Under the pieces are notes generated by a model. That model worked only from the letters and a program-made list of their open reading frames with translations, searched no databases and was not told where the DNA came from. A program made the position numbers and the translations under genes. Below, piece by piece: positions 1 to 12,385 of a stretch of DNA of 64,000 nucleotides. The number at the start of each line of letters is the position of its first letter. Position 1 is the first letter of the stretch. This stretch comes from Lingula anatina (Eukaryota; Animalia; Brachiopoda), in assembly GCA_051362555.1 (NCBI GenBank), contig CM120644.1, forward strand, positions 13,042,567 through 13,106,566, written 5' to 3'.

Positions 1-507
1 ATTATGTCGTCCCTGAACATACGAACGATTTCATATCTCACATAAATTTACCAGGTGCCAAGGCACCCACTTTGCACGCCGAAAAGACCGGTGTCACGAA
101 ACTAATTAAGTCCGTGTAACAGAAAGTCCGCCCTCCACATAATTATAATGGTAAGGGGTGGAATGATCTAAGTAAGTCAGAATCTTAGATGAGGCAATTA
201 CCTGTACAAATGAATAGGAAGAGAATTATCATGGGGGACTCTATGTCAAGTTACACTGGGACATTTTAAAGGCAACAGGTAAAATGCAAATAGTAAAAAT
301 AAATAAAGGGTTTTTATAGACAGTGAATTCTAAATTAGGAAATATAAGAAATTGTACGGGATAAAATTATGGCTGTAGATCATTCTCCAACGCGAATACT
401 TTACTTTCAAATTTTCATTGTAAAGCCTACCCTAAGCGTCTATGCGGAATGCTTTTTTTTCTTTTGTTTCACTTTTCTATTGATGTCATTTTATGTAAAA
501 ACTTGGA
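1..507. repeat. Partial copy of a local duplicated block (matches ~1373-1680 and ~9157-9990)
   Basis: Near-identical stretches such as attatgtcgtccctgaacatacgaacg and gacagtgaattctaaattaggaaatataagaa recur at 1373/1490 and, slightly diverged, at ~9157/9797. The duplicated ORF MAVDHSPTRI... is a by-product. Confidence 0.9.
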
Positions 508-866
508 TCATGCCAATTTTCGAACTTAACCTGCGTTTGAGTAAGATTGATTACTACTGTGAGTTTTATGACAACAGGCTTAAGGGTTTTCCTTGAAATA
601 TATTTACAGTGTTGCATATATGCTTAAAAAGTTTTAAAAAAAACGCATAATTAAACAATAATGGCCCGATCATGCTGATTTTCGAACTTGACCTGCGTTT
701 TATTAATATTCATCAACTCTGTAAATATAAAGCCAAAAAGTAAAACTGCCCTCCACTTATCGTGTTTACAAGGAAAGTGCACGGCACCGACGGCGACGAC
801 GACGGCGACGACAGACGCAGGTGATGGCAATATGTACAGACACATCTGTGTCTGTACATAAAAAAT
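507..866 (-). mobile_element. HINE/Helentron-like non-autonomous element fragment (same family as 58301-59150)
   Basis: Terminal palindrome atgtacagacacatctgtgtctgtacat next to an A-run, (GAC/GGC)n microsatellite, and catgctgattttcgaacttgacctgcg units; reverse complement of the 58301 element. Confidence 0.7.
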
Positions 867-2064
867 TAGTTTTGGTCTTAGTTCAAGCTTTTGAGTGTTT
901 TGTTTCATATTAAACTGTTTCAATTTTTCAGTTCGGATCCTGGTTCTAAAGGACAGCAGAAGATAAAGCAAGATGGAGTTTTCTTAAAAAAAAAAATACT
1001 ATACTCAAGAACTGATCATTATAATTACTATTTGATTATCTTTTTTAAAGACGATTTTCGTTTTATAGATATTAGATTTCGTTGTTTTGTTCAAAGTGTG
1101 TTCAGATATAATAATAGTAATAGTAATAATAGTAGCAAGAATATATGGTATTCAATTTTCACCAAGACTGTCTTTATTGTAATACCATCAACCGGAAATA
1201 AAGCACACGGAACGAAACGATCTCTTCCGCCCTTAACACTGTGTCTGTGTTTATACTATAAATATTTTATGTTCGTTTGAGTGTAATGAATTAGAACATA
1301 AAATGTATTAGTATACTCGACGTAGTTCCGCCGCAGGAACTCAACCTGCTTGATCGTGTATCATACAAGGGAATTATGTCGTCCCTGAACATACGAACGA
1401 TTTCATATCTCACATAAATTTACCAGGTGCCAAGGCACCCACTTTGCACGCCGAAAAGACCGGTGTCACGAAACTAACTAATTAATTAAGACAGTGAATT
1501 CTAAATTAGGAAATATAAGAAATTGTACGGGATAAAATTATGGCTGTAGATCATTCTCCAACGCGTATACTTTACTTTCAAATTTTCATTGTAAAGCCTA
1601 CCCTAAGCGTCTATGCGGAATGCTTTTTTTTTCTTTTGTTTCACTTTTCTATTGATGTCATTTTATGTAAAAACTTGGACTTCAAAATCGTCTTTGTGGC
1701 GTGGTCAAACTTAATCGAATGAAATGTGGTGGCATTGGTTTTCTAAATCCTTGGGACAATGATAACAACCAAGTACGGCTCTCAGAAATAGTTTATGACA
1801 ACAATAGGATATGCCTTTCCGAAAGGCATGTGGATTAAAGGAAGATGTCCATCCATTTAAACACAAGTCCTGGGTGTGAATTATGGATAATTAACAAAGA
1901 AGAATATTCGGCTTCGCCTGCAATTAACACGCATATCCTAGTCACATGAATGACGCATTTCTAGAAAGTGAAAGATATTAGTAGGAAGGGCATAAATAAA
2001 AGAAAAAGACAAGGGAGGAAAGTGTGTACATACACATGCTAAGTGTGTGCGCGTGCTCGCGCGC

Positions 2065-2099
<35 letters not shown>

Positions 2100-3164
2100 G
2101 AAAGGAAAATTAGAGAGACAACAAGAGACAGTGATTTACCAATGTAAGCATGTGCACAGGTGAGTGACGATAGCCACGTGTGTATATTTACCTGACCCTC
2201 ATTGTCATGATTAGCCCTTGAACTGCTACGGTTTCCCATACCGTCACTGCGAAGGAAAATACCGTTAAACGACCTAGCTGCGATGTCATGCACAGTTTAA
2301 CCAGGAAATTATATCGGATATACATACCTAGGGATGTTATATGACCGTGGCGATATGATGATCACTGAAGCCTGTCCATTTAGCCAAGCTTCAGTGAAGA
2401 TCGAGGGCAACCTCGAGCCGCTACCAAAAATGTCTCGCTTCACTCGACATTTCTGCGTAGCGTCTCTCGGAGAACACGGATTTAACCTCGATGTAGTCTA
2501 GAATTTCACGACTACATCTTGGTTAAATCAGTCGAGGTCTCTTAAATGCTGAAAGCCAAAGTCAGTGATCGTGTGACCTTCTTGGCATCAAGAGAATAGT
2601 GACGTTGCTTACGTTATATACCTACCAATAGACAAATTTAAAATCTCTCACACCCTTAAAAAATTAGCATAAACTTTTCACGTTTAACAATTATTAATTA
2701 TCTTTTTATTACATTAAGTCATGTCATATGGGTATGGTTCGAAAACGGGAATTAGTTAACATTGAAGCCACACGTGTATACAAATTATTTTTAAATCTAT
2801 AATTTTTTAACGAGGGTTGTGTTATTATTTACCTTTTGTTTTTAAGCTGTTCATTCTTCCTCTTTATCAGATATATTGGTGTAACAGACCGATAGCTCGG
2901 GTTGATGTTTCTTTATTGTTATTGTACAAATATCTGCAAATATCTCCAAATATCTGCAAGAGCAATATAAACAAATTAATTTTAAACAATTACATATACA
3001 AAATTTACACTGACGAAAGACAAGAAAGACAGAACAAAGAAATAAAAATATAGCAATGCCAAAAACACCATAAAAAATAAATATATCAATTTAGAAATGT
3101 ATGAATTTAAACTATGGATTGGTCCTTTATTAAATATAGTGTAGTGCCAGGGGCAGGTAGAACC

Positions 3165-3238
3165 GGCCGGGTAGCTCAGTAGGTAAGAGCACTCGCCCTG
3201 TAAGCGAGGGGTCCCGGGTTCGATTCCTGGTCTGGCTG
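3165..3238 (+). tRNA. tRNA-Thr(TGT)-like sequence in the TRIM 5' LTR (probably not a functional tRNA gene)
   Basis: Cloverleaf GGCCGGG/TCTGGCT, GCTC/GAGC, CTCGC-CCTGTAA-GCGAG, CCGGG-TTCGATT-CCTGG. A and B boxes present, T5 follows. C instead of U at position 33 and three G-U pairs in the acceptor stem. Confidence 0.55.
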
Positions 3239-3355
3239 GTGATTTTTCTGCACTCACCCCAAATCGCTACAATGGTGGCAGCGGTGTTGCGAGATAGGGC
3301 TCGCGTCTTTCGGCATTTGGGGGGGAGGAGTGTAGTGCCAGGGGCAGATAGAACC

Positions 3356-3429
3356 GGCCGGGTAGCTCAGTAGGTAAGAGCACTCGCCCTGTAAGCGAGG
3401 GGTCCCGGGTTCGATTCCTGGTCTGGTCG
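3356..3429 (+). tRNA. tRNA-Thr(TGT)-like sequence in the TRIM 3' LTR
   Basis: Same cloverleaf as 3165-3238, with acceptor 3' strand TCTGGTC. Confidence 0.55.
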
Positions 3430-5837
3430 GTGATTTTTCTGCACTCACCCCAAATCGCTACAATAGTTAAACTTACCTGCAAGCTCACTGGAATACCTAT
3501 TTCAGTTATTCAACCTGCATCTCCGTCCGACTCTCAGGTGGAAATCAAATTTTATGGGGCGCGGTCTTTCAACCCTTGACCTCCACGTACACATACGAAC
3601 ATATACGATACACACCGAACACAATCATAGCTAACACAACAAACACAGCAAACCTTACATTGGTAAAAATCAAATGTGTTCCCCCTTCGAACTTGTAATT
3701 ACAAATAGCATATGAATGCTCTAAAAACCAGCACATGTATATTCCGAAACCGCCTTGCAGTAAAAAATGTCACCAAAACGTAGAATTATTACTCCTGTGG
3801 ACTTGAAATAAACATCCGTTTGATTTTGACTATATTCCGTAACCGCCTCGTCGTCAGAAATAACAATAAAATACTAGAATTATTACTCCCGTGAACTTGT
3901 TATAAACATCCGTCGATTTTGACTATATTCCGAAACTGCCTCGTTGTCAGAAATATCACCAAAAAGTAAATTTCATTCTCCTTTGCACTTGTGAAAAATT
4001 AGTTTGACTATATTCCGGTCCGACGCTCCTTTTTTATTAGAAATGTCACTAAAAAGTAGAGGTTTTGCCTTGGGACCTTTTTTCCGCAGCAGTCCAAGCT
4101 TGGTGTGGCTCAGCTGAGACCCGCATGGTCAGCGTCGACGGTTGATTAAATACTTTTCAAGCAAATGAACGTCCACGACAAGTATTTAACAAAAATTGAC
4201 CAAATTGGTCAGACATTACGTAAGAATTATGCGGGAGGTGACCAGCGCACGTGGACGAGTTTATTCCGTATAACATCTCTAGAGAGTGATATAGGGTCAC
4301 TTTATTAGGTTTTAGGGGTGTTTTAGGATGAAATGACTGTATTTTTTCTCGGTATGTATGTCACCCTCTCGCGATATATGCCATGAACACCTTTCGCTGA
4401 CGCTCGAGGTGTTATGGCATATATCGCTCGGGTGACAGTGTATTATCTCACACATAATTCCCTGGTTTAACAAACAAAGCCTATTTATATATTGAGTCCG
4501 CTTTTATATGATACGCACTCAGTAAAGTAATTGGCAACCTTGACTTAAATTCATTGTACTATAAAGTACACACAAGCGCGCGCGTGTACACACACGCTCT
4601 GAAATGTAGACACATGTTGGGCGACACACTTATATAAACTGCATTAAAGCTATTCCTTTCAAATCAGAATATCCACATATAATGACTAACATTGAAACTG
4701 TCCACGTGATACTTTTAGCTGGCTACCCGGTGTGTACCTGACACGGATCTATGCTATTCGTGCATTTAAATTATGGCTGCTTCCTTTTGCGATGTTAAAA
4801 TTGGGCCAGCCTACCCACTTCACTTTGATATTGACATTGAACACTTAATCTTTCATCACATTTTGACCCTGTTCTTCATCTTTTTTTTTCTCTAAGAAAA
4901 TAGATCAAACAAAAATAAATAGGATAGTGCCTTAATTGTCACAGCATAAATTAGAAAGTTGGCATATCATTGACTACGCGCGAATCAGTTATGCCCGACG
5001 GCGTGAGTCGTATGCGGAAGAGGGTAAGTCCTCATTGTCGCATTGACTTTTTTTACATCCAGTTCGGAATGGTTTTCAAAGAAATTCATAATAAAGGCAA
5101 GTGAATCATATACAGAATATCTGAAGTATGCGTGAGTGTTTGAAGGTTAATATGAAGAATACCCTGGTAGACAATTAATTAGCTTGTGCTTCTATACACT
5201 TAATCACCTGTCTCTTTCTCTCTCTCTCTCTTAAAGTTAATGCACGTGAAATGTATTCTCTTTAGTAAATGGCAATCATGTACCAAAAATAGGGGCAAAC
5301 TCTCATCGCTGATATTAGTCATTTTAGTCTCACTTACAGTGTAGTGCACTGGCCATCAGACGACATAAAGTCTTGAACCTACAGGCACCGGTATATTATA
5401 AAACACCTCCTCACCACTATAAGGCCCCAATCCTATAGATACCATAGTCTATGTGGATCGAACCAACTCTGCAGGGATCTCGCTGTCTGCCTCCTCCTGA
5501 CGTTAAGTACAATACAGAAAAGGTGGTGACTTTACGAGAATGCTGAGAAAAAGAGGAGACATGTCATTCAGTTTAGCTCCTTGCACTTAGCAAGAGACCA
5601 CCCCCCCACCCCAGAGTTGGATCGGTCCACGTGAATGATGGTACTATGGGAATGGGGTCTAACATATCTACCAGAGTACATGATTAACAGTTTACTACTT
5701 TTGAGTAATGTATTTCAGGAAAAATTGTCTAATCTCCGTCCTTGGCTAATGCAAATTAAAGTTTTATCTTCCAAGCAGGTGAATTGGAAGCATTATTTCT
5801 TCGGTGCAAAGCCGTTGCATCCTTGACAGTAATAATT

Positions 5838-8341
5838 TTAAGGTTGCCCCCTATCGTAGACTAAGAACAAAATGGCGGGATTCGGCCAGTAGTAGTTAGC
5901 GCCCTCTGGATCTCCTTCCTGCGAGACTTTGCGAGCTGTGCCGTCTGCGCTTGCCCCAAGAAACACGTTACTTCCGGCACTGTAAATGTTGAACCTGAAA
6001 TTTATAAATCAGCCAATAGTATATAATTATCATAGCAATAAAGTTAATAAATGAGACGCCATTTATGAAAACTAAATTCGGTTTTGTTAAAGAAGTTGCT
6101 GCCATCGAATCGTCAAGTTAAATGACTAGCAATTCTGGTAGGCAATTTATTAATTTATTGCGCATAAAAATGATAAAATGTTGTAATCATGCTTATAAGT
6201 ACCTTATGTTTCGTCCAACTTCTGGCATTGTATACACTGGCCACCTTGACGGGTTGAATATTTGAGAATGGGTCGGTTGTGAAGCGTCTACGTCATTTGA
6301 CTCATTTGAGGGGTTCTGTTTGAACAAAATGGAAACGTGTATAATAAACAGCAAACTGGTGTTATTCAAACGAGTAATTAACCCTGATGAAAGAAAACTT
6401 CTCTAGGGGAGATCTGATCGTGACACAGCCAAGGTTTGCCAGCTGAGAAAGGCGTAGGCCTACTGATACTATTTGGATACTATTCCAAATGATAAATATT
6501 CAGTAACATGACATTATACTCACGAAAATATAAATGTAACGATCATGTGACATTTTGTTTCACGGAGAAATAGGCCCTATACTGTGCAACTACTTGATAA
6601 AACTCCTAAAAATCGGCACCAAGCAAATTCTTGAACAAAAGCAACATTTCATTCAGCCAAGACAAATACAAAAACTCTATTTAGCGTCTTCAAAATATCT
6701 TGCAAAGAACAGACAAAGAGGAAGACTAATATCCTCCACCGTACAACTGCAGGTATGTGACTTTCTGACAAAATGAATTGCAAAAAGAGCATTTCTGTTA
6801 ATATGGTTGAATTTTCATATTTTTAAAAACAGTCATGTCCAGGTTGGTACATGTATAGGATAATACTATGTTTGTCTTTGAATGTCAGGACTTAACAATG
6901 ACTTTCTAAACGCACCTCTGCCTTGGTCATCCCTTAATGAGCTTTGTTATCAACGTGAACGGTGTACCATCAATTGATTATGGAACTATGGTGTGCTTTA
7001 TGTCAATAAGGACTATCCAAAGGACTATCGTAACGTACCTGTAGGGAATGTCAAATCTTACCTCAGGTTTTGCGACAACTATATCGCCATCCACAGTAAT
7101 TGTATACCATGTGTTATCTCCATCTTGCTTAAATTGGTAGCCGCGGATTTTCAAAATAACTGGGTCGAGATCGGTAACTACATACCAAGGCACATCTTGA
7201 GGAGAATCAGTCTTCCGAGCAGTTGCAGGAAAATTGCTCTGCCAAGTAAACTTCGCTGAAAAAGGAGGATGCATACATTGACATTTGTCTAAGCCTTGGA
7301 CACATTTGATACAAAACGTATGTGATAAGAAATACCCTAATCAAGTTTAGCGATATTAAAACGACTGCGGACATAGGAAAAGGGAAAAAATACAAACGAC
7401 ATTAAAAAGACTACATAAATAGAAAGAGGAAAAGTTTCGCTTTTTCTCAATACATGTACCTCAAGCCGTAAAATGATATGCACACTTTAAGAGCTAAATC
7501 ACTGTTTTTACTTAATGAAAATAGGCAGGGACATAAAAAAGCATTCCATAAACAAAAATTTGGCAGTTACTTGCATCAGCGTCCAATGTTCCGGCCATAT
7601 CAACAACGTATTCGTCTTTGTCCGGGTCCACTTTCACGTTGGTCACTTGCAGAAATCCATCTCCTGCATTGGACATCACTGACCACAGCGACACAATATC
7701 ACCGTCTCTAGGCTGAAATGAGGCAATTTTCCGTATTGTATTGTACTGTATTGTATTATCTTGTATTGTACTGTACTGTACTTACTGTACTGCACATGTA
7801 TTGTATTTCATTACATCACGTCACGTCACATCACATTACATTACTTTACATTACACTAAAACAACGGTGTCAATACATTTAGATCCTGCTTAAAGTAGCA
7901 AAAATGGACGGACATTGAATCAGTAAGCAGACAAATCTACAAAGTCTACGATAAACACAAGTCGTAGAAATACATGGATAAATAAATAAAGTAAACGATT
8001 ATGAAACATCATGTATATTTAGAATAAAACAAATAGTTATGTTTATTCGTGCAATACTAATGAAATAGTACATGTGCTTTAAATATACTCACAGGTGGAT
8101 ACAAACAAACAAACGTGGAAAATAATGAAACGAGTGTAAGGCAGACACAGGGACAGACAAACAGATAATGTTTACGCATGCGCAGACGCACCTGATTGGA
8201 CGGTGCTGACTTCCTATTGTCATGGACTACAACTTGCACTCCACAATTGGGCAAAGGCACGATGTCGATCTTGAAATCCTCGGTGTCACAACGTGGTGGG
8301 CGTGGCAGAACCCGATCTTCGGCGCTTTCGCTCGCCAGAGG
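5838..8341 (-). CDS. Putative beta-trefoil (IL-1/FGF-like) protein, paralog 1; 5' exon(s) uncertain
   Basis: Exons 8341-8192, 7712-7571, 7255-7062, 6315-6203, 5994-5838 (TAA); all GT-AG, phases 0/1/0/2, no stops. PLASESAEDRVLPRPPRC...PRDGDIVSLWSVMSNAGDGFLQVTNVKV...KFTWQ...WYTITVDGDIVVAKPE...QIFNPSRWP...RFNIYSAGSNVFLGASADGTARKV...PAILFLVYDRGQP*. Clear paralog at 52884-55660. Tentative first exon 12095-12015 (MPYAHARS...KRKCL, phase 0). Gene structure is well supported; the fold is inference. Confidence 0.85.
7733..7856. repeat. Pentanucleotide microsatellite (ATTGT/ACTGT/ACATT)n in an intron
   Basis: Direct inspection. A related ACTAC pentamer run lies at the equivalent intron position of the paralog (~53344-53380). 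Confidence 0.8.
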
Positions 8342-9095
8342 CTAAAAGGACAATGTTATACTATAAATGGATCCTGCTACTTTCACAATACAGTACCGGG
8401 TATACATTTGTCTCTATACCCTCATGATGCAAATCGATTAAATCACAGTCTAGGTTTTATGACGTCGTGTGAAAACAGATGTAGACTTCCCACTTTTGAA
8501 GGATTGAATTAGGGAAGATGTAGGGAAAATGTAGGGACATTTTTTAATGTGCTTTTGTTAATAATAATAATAATAATAATGAAATAATTGTGGGCCTAGG
8601 TCGTATCATAAATTGTATCGATCCCTTAGGGAGACAAATCATCAGTATTAACTTGGAACTACGATGCACTGTTGCACCCTGCGTCAAAGGCCTGCTTTCT
8701 CCCACAGTAAACAATATCTCCCGATTTGGTGAGCCAGATCGGGATGCACTATAATCAGGGTGTAAGTAAGGGTGTAAGTGGTCTCCCCGCCTCTCACGCC
8801 TCCCCACGCGTCGTCCCTTCGGGAGCACAGTAAATAAATCTCGGCTCAACTCAAACGGTCGGGGGAACACGCGTGGGAGAGGCGGAAAGACCATTACAGG
8901 ATTAAGCAGTCTTCCTTTGATGTAGGTCCGCCATTTTTATGTCGAGGCCTAGCTAGCACTCGGGTCTTCTCATTCTCAATAGTCTCTGTCTCGTGGGCAC
9001 ATTTGGGACAGAGAAAGCCAAGATAGACACGTACACGGTGCACATACAATTCGAAGTGTACTGTGTGTAAAAGAGACAAAATGTCAAAAGTTTAA

Positions 9096-10386
9096 GTATA
9101 CTCGGCGTAGTTCCGTCGCAGGTACTGAACCCGCTCGATCGTGTATTATACCAGGGAATTATATCGTCCCTGATCATACGAACGATTTCATATCTCGCGT
9201 GCATTTCCCAGATGCCAAGGCAACCACTTTGCACGCCGAAAAGGCCGGTGTCACGAAACTAAGGGCCCGTGTAACAGAAAGTCCGCCCTCCATATAATTA
9301 TGGGCTAGGTAAGGTTTGGAATGATCTAAGTAGGTCAGAATCTACAGGGCGACGCTTACCTGTACAAATGAATGGGAAGAAAACTATCATGGGGGACTCT
9401 CTGTCACGTTGCACCGGGATATTTTAAAGGCAACGGGTAAGATGCAAATACAGGCCTAACCAACTACCAGACTCGGCACCGAATGATCCTGAATTCACCG
9501 GTAGATCAGACCACACTACCCGTTTTCAAGGTGTGTGTCAGATTGCATTACACAGTATCATACCCTGAACAAATTTTGAGTAGTGATGCAATGCTTTTCA
9601 ACCCCGCTGAGAATCGTCACTATCACATCGCGTACTAGGCAAGAGCGGTGTCGCGTCTGATACTGTGTAATGTGATCTGACACACACCTTGAAAACGGGT
9701 AGTGTGGTCTGATCTACCGGCGAATTCAGGATCATTCGGTGCCGAGTCTGGTAGTTGGGTAGGCCTGAAATAGTGAAAAAGGTTTGTTTTTTTTCGACAC
9801 TGAATTCTAAATTAGGAAATATAAGAAACTGTACGGGATAAAATTAGGACTGTGGATCATTCTCCAACGCGTACACTTTACTTTCAATTTTTCATTGTAA
9901 AGCCTACCTTGAGCGTCTATATGGAATGTATGTTTTTTTTCTTTTGTTTCATTTTTTAATTTTTGTCATTTTATGTAAAAAAATTGGACTTCAAAATCGT
10001 CTTTGTGGCGTGGTCAGTGATAACAACCTTGGGACAATGATAACAACCAAGTAAGGCTCCCGAAAGTATTGTATGACAACAATAGGATATGCCTTCCCGA
10101 AAGGCACTTGGATTAAAGGAAGATGTCCATCTAGTGTAACATAAGTCCTGGGTATAAATTATGGATAATTAACAAAGTAGAATACTCGGCTTCGCCTGAA
10201 ATTAGCACGCATGTCCTAGTCACATAAATGATGTATTTCTAGAAAGTGAAAGATATTAGTAGGCGTACTAGCACGCATGTCCTAGTCACATGAATGACGC
10301 ATTTCTAGAAAGTGAAAGACATTAGTGGGAAGGGCATAAGTAAAAGAAAAGGACAGTGGAGGAAAGTGTGTACATACACATGCTAA

Positions 10387-10437
<51 letters not shown>

Positions 10438-11401
10438 AAAACTAGAGAGAGAACAAGAGACGTACAATTATGTACAAATACAAGCATGTGCACAGGTGAG
10501 GGACGATAGCCATGAATGTATATTTACCTGACGCTCATCGTCGTGTTTAGCCCTTGAACCGCTGCGGTTTCCCATATCGTCACTGCGAAGGAAAATACCG
10601 TTAAACGACCTAGCTGCGATGTCATGCACAGTTTAACAAACAAAGCCTATTTATATATCGAGTCCGCTAGTATATGATACGCAGGCAGTAAAAGAATTGG
10701 CAACCTTGACTTAAATTCATTGCACTAGTTCACACCAGCGCGCGCGCGTACACACACGCTCTGAAATGTAGACACAAGTACATGTCGGGCGACATACCTA
10801 TATAAACTGTATCATAGCTATTTCTTTCAAATTAGAATATCCACATAGAATGACTTACAATGAAACTGTCCACGAGATCCTTTCAGCTGGCTGCCCTGTG
10901 TGTAACTGACACAGATCTTTGCCGTTCGTCTCTTTAAATTTTGGCTGCTTCCCTCTGCACTGTTAAAATTGGGCCAGCCTACCCCCTTCACTTGGATATT
11001 TGAGATTGAACACGCTTAATCTTTCAACACATTTTGACCCTGTTATTTTGTGTCTTAAGAAAATAGATCAAACACAATCAAATATGATAGCGCCTTGTCA
11101 CAGCATAAACCCACCGCCCATGGAGTCAAGTCGATTAGAAAGTAGGCATTGCATTGACTACGTGCGAATCAGTTATGCCCGACGGCGTGAGTCGTATGCG
11201 GAAGAGGGTAAGTCCTCATTGTCGCATGCCCTTTTTTTTACATCCGGTTCGGAACGGTTTTCAAAGAAATCCAAAAATAAAGATCAATAAAGGCAAGTGA
11301 ATCATACACAGAATATCTGAAGTATGCGTGGGTGTTTGAAGGTTAATATGAAGAATGCCCTGCTAGATAATTACATGTAATTAGCTTGTGCTTCTATACG
11401 C
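9096..11401. repeat. Duplicated block homologous to 1310-5200 and 1-507
   Basis: Colinear identity. It contains the 9451-9767 MITE, a ~66-bp tandem duplication at ~10205-10330 and (GT)n(GA)n at ~10387-10434. Confidence 0.88.
9451..9767. mobile_element. Foldback MITE with ~110-bp TIRs and a 5-bp TSD
   Basis: caggcctaaccaactaccagactcggcaccgaatgatcctgaattc... is mirrored by ...gaattcaggatcattcggtgccgagtctggtagttgggtaggcctg. AAATA on both sides; empty site gcaaatagt at ~286-294. Confidence 0.92.
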
Positions 11402-12294
11402 TTACAACCTCTCTTATCAGAGTCCTGCTAGTAGGGCACCTCAAATTAATATTTTATCTGTTTGTTAGAGGCCTTTACTTTTAGTTTTATGGATCACTCA
11501 AGATTTTGTATACTTTATGTACAGTGGCAAAGGGTTCAAGATGTAATCCGGATTATCGGGAATTGACAATTCAGCGTAGAAAAGTATATCGGTACGTTCA
11601 TATTTTTCATATTTTTATCTGCTTGTTGGAGGCCTTTTCTTTTAATTCTATTGATCATTCAAGATATTGTAAACGTTACGTAGAATAGGGCTCAGGGGAT
11701 AATCGAAAGTATAAATACATGTTTAAGCGATTTCATTCTGTTGAACTTAAGAGATAGGCAGAGTGACAGCTCAATGCAAGGGCAATGTATTTAGTGCCAA
11801 GTTCATCATAGACTTGTTTACACAAATAATAATCTTTTCTTTCTTTCTTTTTTTTTTTTTTTTTTTTTTGGGGGGGGGAAGGGGGGGGGCAAAAGTGCAA
11901 CCACTTCATGCAGCTTTCTGAACCGTAACGGAGAAGTATTTGCAGTAGGTCGTAGCATTAAGATCAAACTACTGACGTACAGCTGAAACCCACAGAGGAC
12001 GCTAGTACATGTACCAAGCACTTTCTTTTTTTATCCTGATTTGTCGTCATTTCCCGATAATCCGGATGTATAGAACGTGCGTGGGCGTAAGGCATGTTTC
12101 AAGGTCTTGTTTTCATCCGCCGTAGAATGATAGGATACAATGTTCAGCCGCTGTGAAATAACTTGCTCGTATCCCGAAATTTGTTCATTTTCCTTACTTC
12201 TGGTCATTTTGTTGGATATTGCTGTTACATATGATTAAAAGGTTAATTTCTACTTATACACTTAAACACACACGGCAGTCCTTCTCTTCCTCCT

Positions 12295-12296
<2 letters not shown>

Positions 12297-12332
<36 letters not shown>

Positions 12333-12353
12333 CCCCCCCCTCTCTCTCTCTCT

Positions 12354-12384
<31 letters not shown>
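12297..12384. repeat. (CT)n microsatellite with C-runs
   Basis: Direct inspection. Confidence 0.95.

Positions 12385-12385
<1 letters not shown>

Larger units (their letters stand above)
3140..3462 (+). mobile_element. TRIM (miniature LTR retrotransposon) with tRNA-derived LTRs, Helenus-like; copy 1
   Basis: LTRs 3140-3271 and 3331-3462 (132 bp, TGT...ACA, 3 mismatches). PBS TGGTGGCAGCGGTG at 3273-3286 is complementary to a tRNA-Leu 3' end. PPT GGGGGGGAGGAG at 3319-3330. 4-bp TSD ATAG. Confidence 0.93.
2301..4465. mobile_element. ~2.2-kb non-autonomous TIR DNA transposon carrying a nested TRIM and ~90-bp internal tandem repeats
   Basis: Ends ccaggaaattat / ataattccctgg, flanked by duplicated TTTAA (or TTA if the ends are one base longer). 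Empty site present at ~10630. Tandem units starting tattccg at ~3740, 3833, 3925, 4010. Confidence 0.8.
1310..5200. repeat. Duplicated block homologous to 9096-11401, interrupted by the 2301-4465 insertion
   Basis: 1310-2300 plus 4466-5200 align colinearly with 9096-11401. The junction cacagtttaacaaacaaagcc is uninterrupted at ~10627-10647. Confidence 0.9.

Noticed and set aside
891-1280. 129-aa ORF
   Set aside because: TTG start, AT-rich low-complexity composition, no splice or homology support.
3165-3429. Tandem pair of bona fide tRNA-Thr genes
   Set aside because: PBS, PPT, TG...CA ends, TSD and C33 show they are LTR components.
2982-3488. ORFs MSAEKSPARPGIEPGTPRLQ... (also 17040-17470)
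   Set aside because: Antisense translations of the tRNA-like LTRs, not proteins.
5338-5378. Small minus-strand segment with good acceptor and GTAAGT donor
   Set aside because: No partner exons or homology could be established.
8544-9079. ORFs 8544-8894 and 8894-9079
   Set aside because: No recognisable domain; a short motif shared with ~32420 suggests repeat-derived DNA, but element ends could not be defined.
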